From: Octopus sinensis
Taxonomy: Eukaryota
NCBI RefSeq assembly: GCF_006345805.1
Contig: NC_043004.1
Span: 14,136,001-14,200,000 of the forward strand
Reading direction: 5' to 3'
Length of the DNA stretch: 64,000 nt
In this document: piece by piece, positions 61,889-64,000 of the stretch
How positions within the stretch are numbered: position 1 is the stretch's first letter
Layout of the letters: each line of letters starts with the position of its first letter
Notes under the pieces: model-generated
The model's database searches: none
What the model was told of the DNA's origin: nothing
Seen by the model: only the letters and a program-made list of their open reading frames with translations
Translations under genes and position numbers: made by a program

Positions 61889-63609
61889 ACATATATTTCA
61901 AAATGAGATGAGACTGATGAAAATATATTACGTATAGGTGTGCAAATATGCAGTTATCAACTGAAATCACTGTTCGATCATTTCTAACATTTCTAATATT
62001 ATGAATATTTTCTTACAAAATTATTTCAGAAATTAATAAATAAATAAGATCGGTTGTTTAGTTTTTGAAAATATCTTAAATCTACGAACATTAAGAAACA
62101 CAATTTCAAGCATTAGAAAATATTGTTTTTATGCATGAAATAATATATGTCCAAAGAAATAGATATAGACTCATTTTTTTTTCTTTCCATGTTCGTTGTT
62201 TTCCATAAATATCCAATTACTATAATCTGTAAATAAATAGCTTGATATGGCTCGTTGGGGCAACTTTTCAGATCAAAAATATCACGGCGCGGTGTTTAAT
62301 GTGACAGGAAGTACAAGAACATTACAATCATAACACTCATACATTTCGCTGTAATTTATGATATATCTGTTAATTAAGACTTTACAAGCAGCCTATTACT
62401 GTATATATTGGACAGAAAAATTGGTTTTGGATTTCAAACAATTTATTAGAGAGACATCAGTTTGCTTTCGTTTCCAAGCCACTATTTTCATTGAACGACA
62501 GCTTAACTTAATGTCTAATAGTCAATTATGGTTTCTCAGATGGGAATTATTCGTGACAGATGTATAATTTACACTCAAGAAGTCATGGAGAGGAGAGAAA
62601 TCATTTGCTGTGCAACTATAATGACAAAACAGTTTGATGAGTAGCATTTTTCTTGTTAGGACACAGAAATTTGTTGTAATGTTAGTTTTAGAAACATGTA
62701 ATATTGGGTATTAGACCAAATCTGCACCATTCCGAATAACATATTTACATCTTGATAATGTGAACTACAGAATAATTTGCTAGTTATTTTATAACTGTGA
62801 TTCGGTAATTTAACTGTCAATATCAACATAAAGTGAAACGTCTCAATGATGGTGCTGAGATTCGTGTTCTTAACACACAGATCAATCATAACTAAACACT
62901 AGTGATGAATTCATTTCATGGTGATGTATTAGAAATATATTCTGAAGAAGAGAACTACTTAGTATAATCTGTGTTGATTATACTAAAATTATAGTAAAAT
63001 TGCTTGCATTAATTTCACGATGCTTTCCTGAAAAAAAAGAAGCCTTTGCAAATAAAGTGAAACTTGTCATTACTCTCTTAGAAATTTTCCTAATTACAAG
63101 AGATCATCTTCAGAGTAAAAAGAAAAATTATAATTACCTGACACTTTTCCTGATTCACTTCCATCCAACTTGTCTCCTACTTTCAGTTTGTTCAAATCAC
63201 TTCTTATCACGTTAAAACTACAATCGCAGTTAACGATTTCTTAAATCTTTATCAATGTTAGTTCAACGATTAAAAAATTTAGCCTGTCGACAAATATTTT
63301 AAACCTTTCCAGATTGAATTATTTCGGTAGGATAAGCATAAATACAGATTTAGAGCAAAAACTGTTATCTCAAATTGAGGTTATCATTCGGTCGTTAATG
63401 TTGATTGCTTGAAGATATTTTGTCAACATTATTTATCGTAAACAAAATGTGAGCTTTATAAGTATAAACATAGGAGTGTTTTGTATTGTATTATTTATAA
63501 TTATCGTTTTTGAATATGATGAATGCCATTTTAAACAGCTAACAGCTTTTTTTCAGTTACTTTAATATGAAATTGTATAGCACCAATTCAGTTCTCTTCT
63601 GCCTCTACC

Positions 63610-63930
63610 AATCCAGGTAGTGCACATTCTTTGGCTGTTCCAGAGAATGTCCACTCTATGGTCCACCAACACAATCAGCTTATACACAAATATACAGATC
63701 TATAATAGCATCGGACTACCAATTGTTTTCTCTGCTTGTGATAAATACTAACACCGTTAAAGAATACAAAATGCTTGATGTTTTCCAAATATGCTTCAGA
63801 AGGATTCTGAGAACGTATTGACAAAACCACGTAAACAATGAAGGTGTTCTATAGAGAGCCAACACAAATCCACTTAGTAAAATCATCGCGGAAGAACGTT
63901 TGGATGCTCTGATTACAAGAACGAATCTAT
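63610..63930 (+). pseudogene. RTE-clade LINE RT C-terminal remnant
   Basis: LWSTNTISLYTNIQIYNSIGLPIVFSAC, then shifted frame KMLDVFQICFRRILRTY*QNHVNNEGVL*RANTNPLSKIIAEERL (cf. RTE consensus CLRRIL.I.W.D.V.N.EVL.RA). Confidence 0.75.
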
Positions 63931-64000
63931 TTTAACTCAGCTTTGAAATGAACAACACAAAAAGGAAAATGAAAGTGAGACTGAGAACTACATAGCACAA

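Noticed and set aside
1-64000. Dozens of ORF-track entries rich in YI, CV, HT, YLSI or MYVC
   Set aside because: They are translations of (TA)n, (TG)n, (CA)n, (TATC)n and (TATG)n microsatellites.

Overview
Eukaryotic, AT-rich, microsatellite-dense non-genic DNA. The SINE families and repeat landscape suggest an octopus/cephalopod genome (inference, no database check). I found no supportable host protein-coding exon, tRNA, rRNA or CRISPR; almost all ORF-track entries are microsatellite or satellite artefacts. The window holds about 25-30 tRNA-derived SINE copies in four families, several non-autonomous Helitrons (one carrying a ~2.8 kb 21-22 bp tandem array), a full-length TIR-bounded pogo-like DDE transposon with a C-terminal PHD finger (13673-16551), Tc1/mariner and RTE-LINE remnants, an apparently ORF1-only L1/Tx1-like retroposon (24981-26885), and a near-full-length decayed Penelope-like element (RT + GIY-YIG, 47690-53057). 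The most striking pattern is a minimal hammerhead ribozyme at the 3' end of that Penelope-like element (52924-52958). Several further hammerhead-like cores (19026, 20545, 21123, 53154, and weaker ones at 13282, 24434, 30219, 54340) mostly sit at the inner edge of fold-back inverted repeats in or next to (TA)n/(CA)n tracts. This suggests a recurring class of short ribozyme-bearing fold-back derivatives of Penelope-like terminal repeats.
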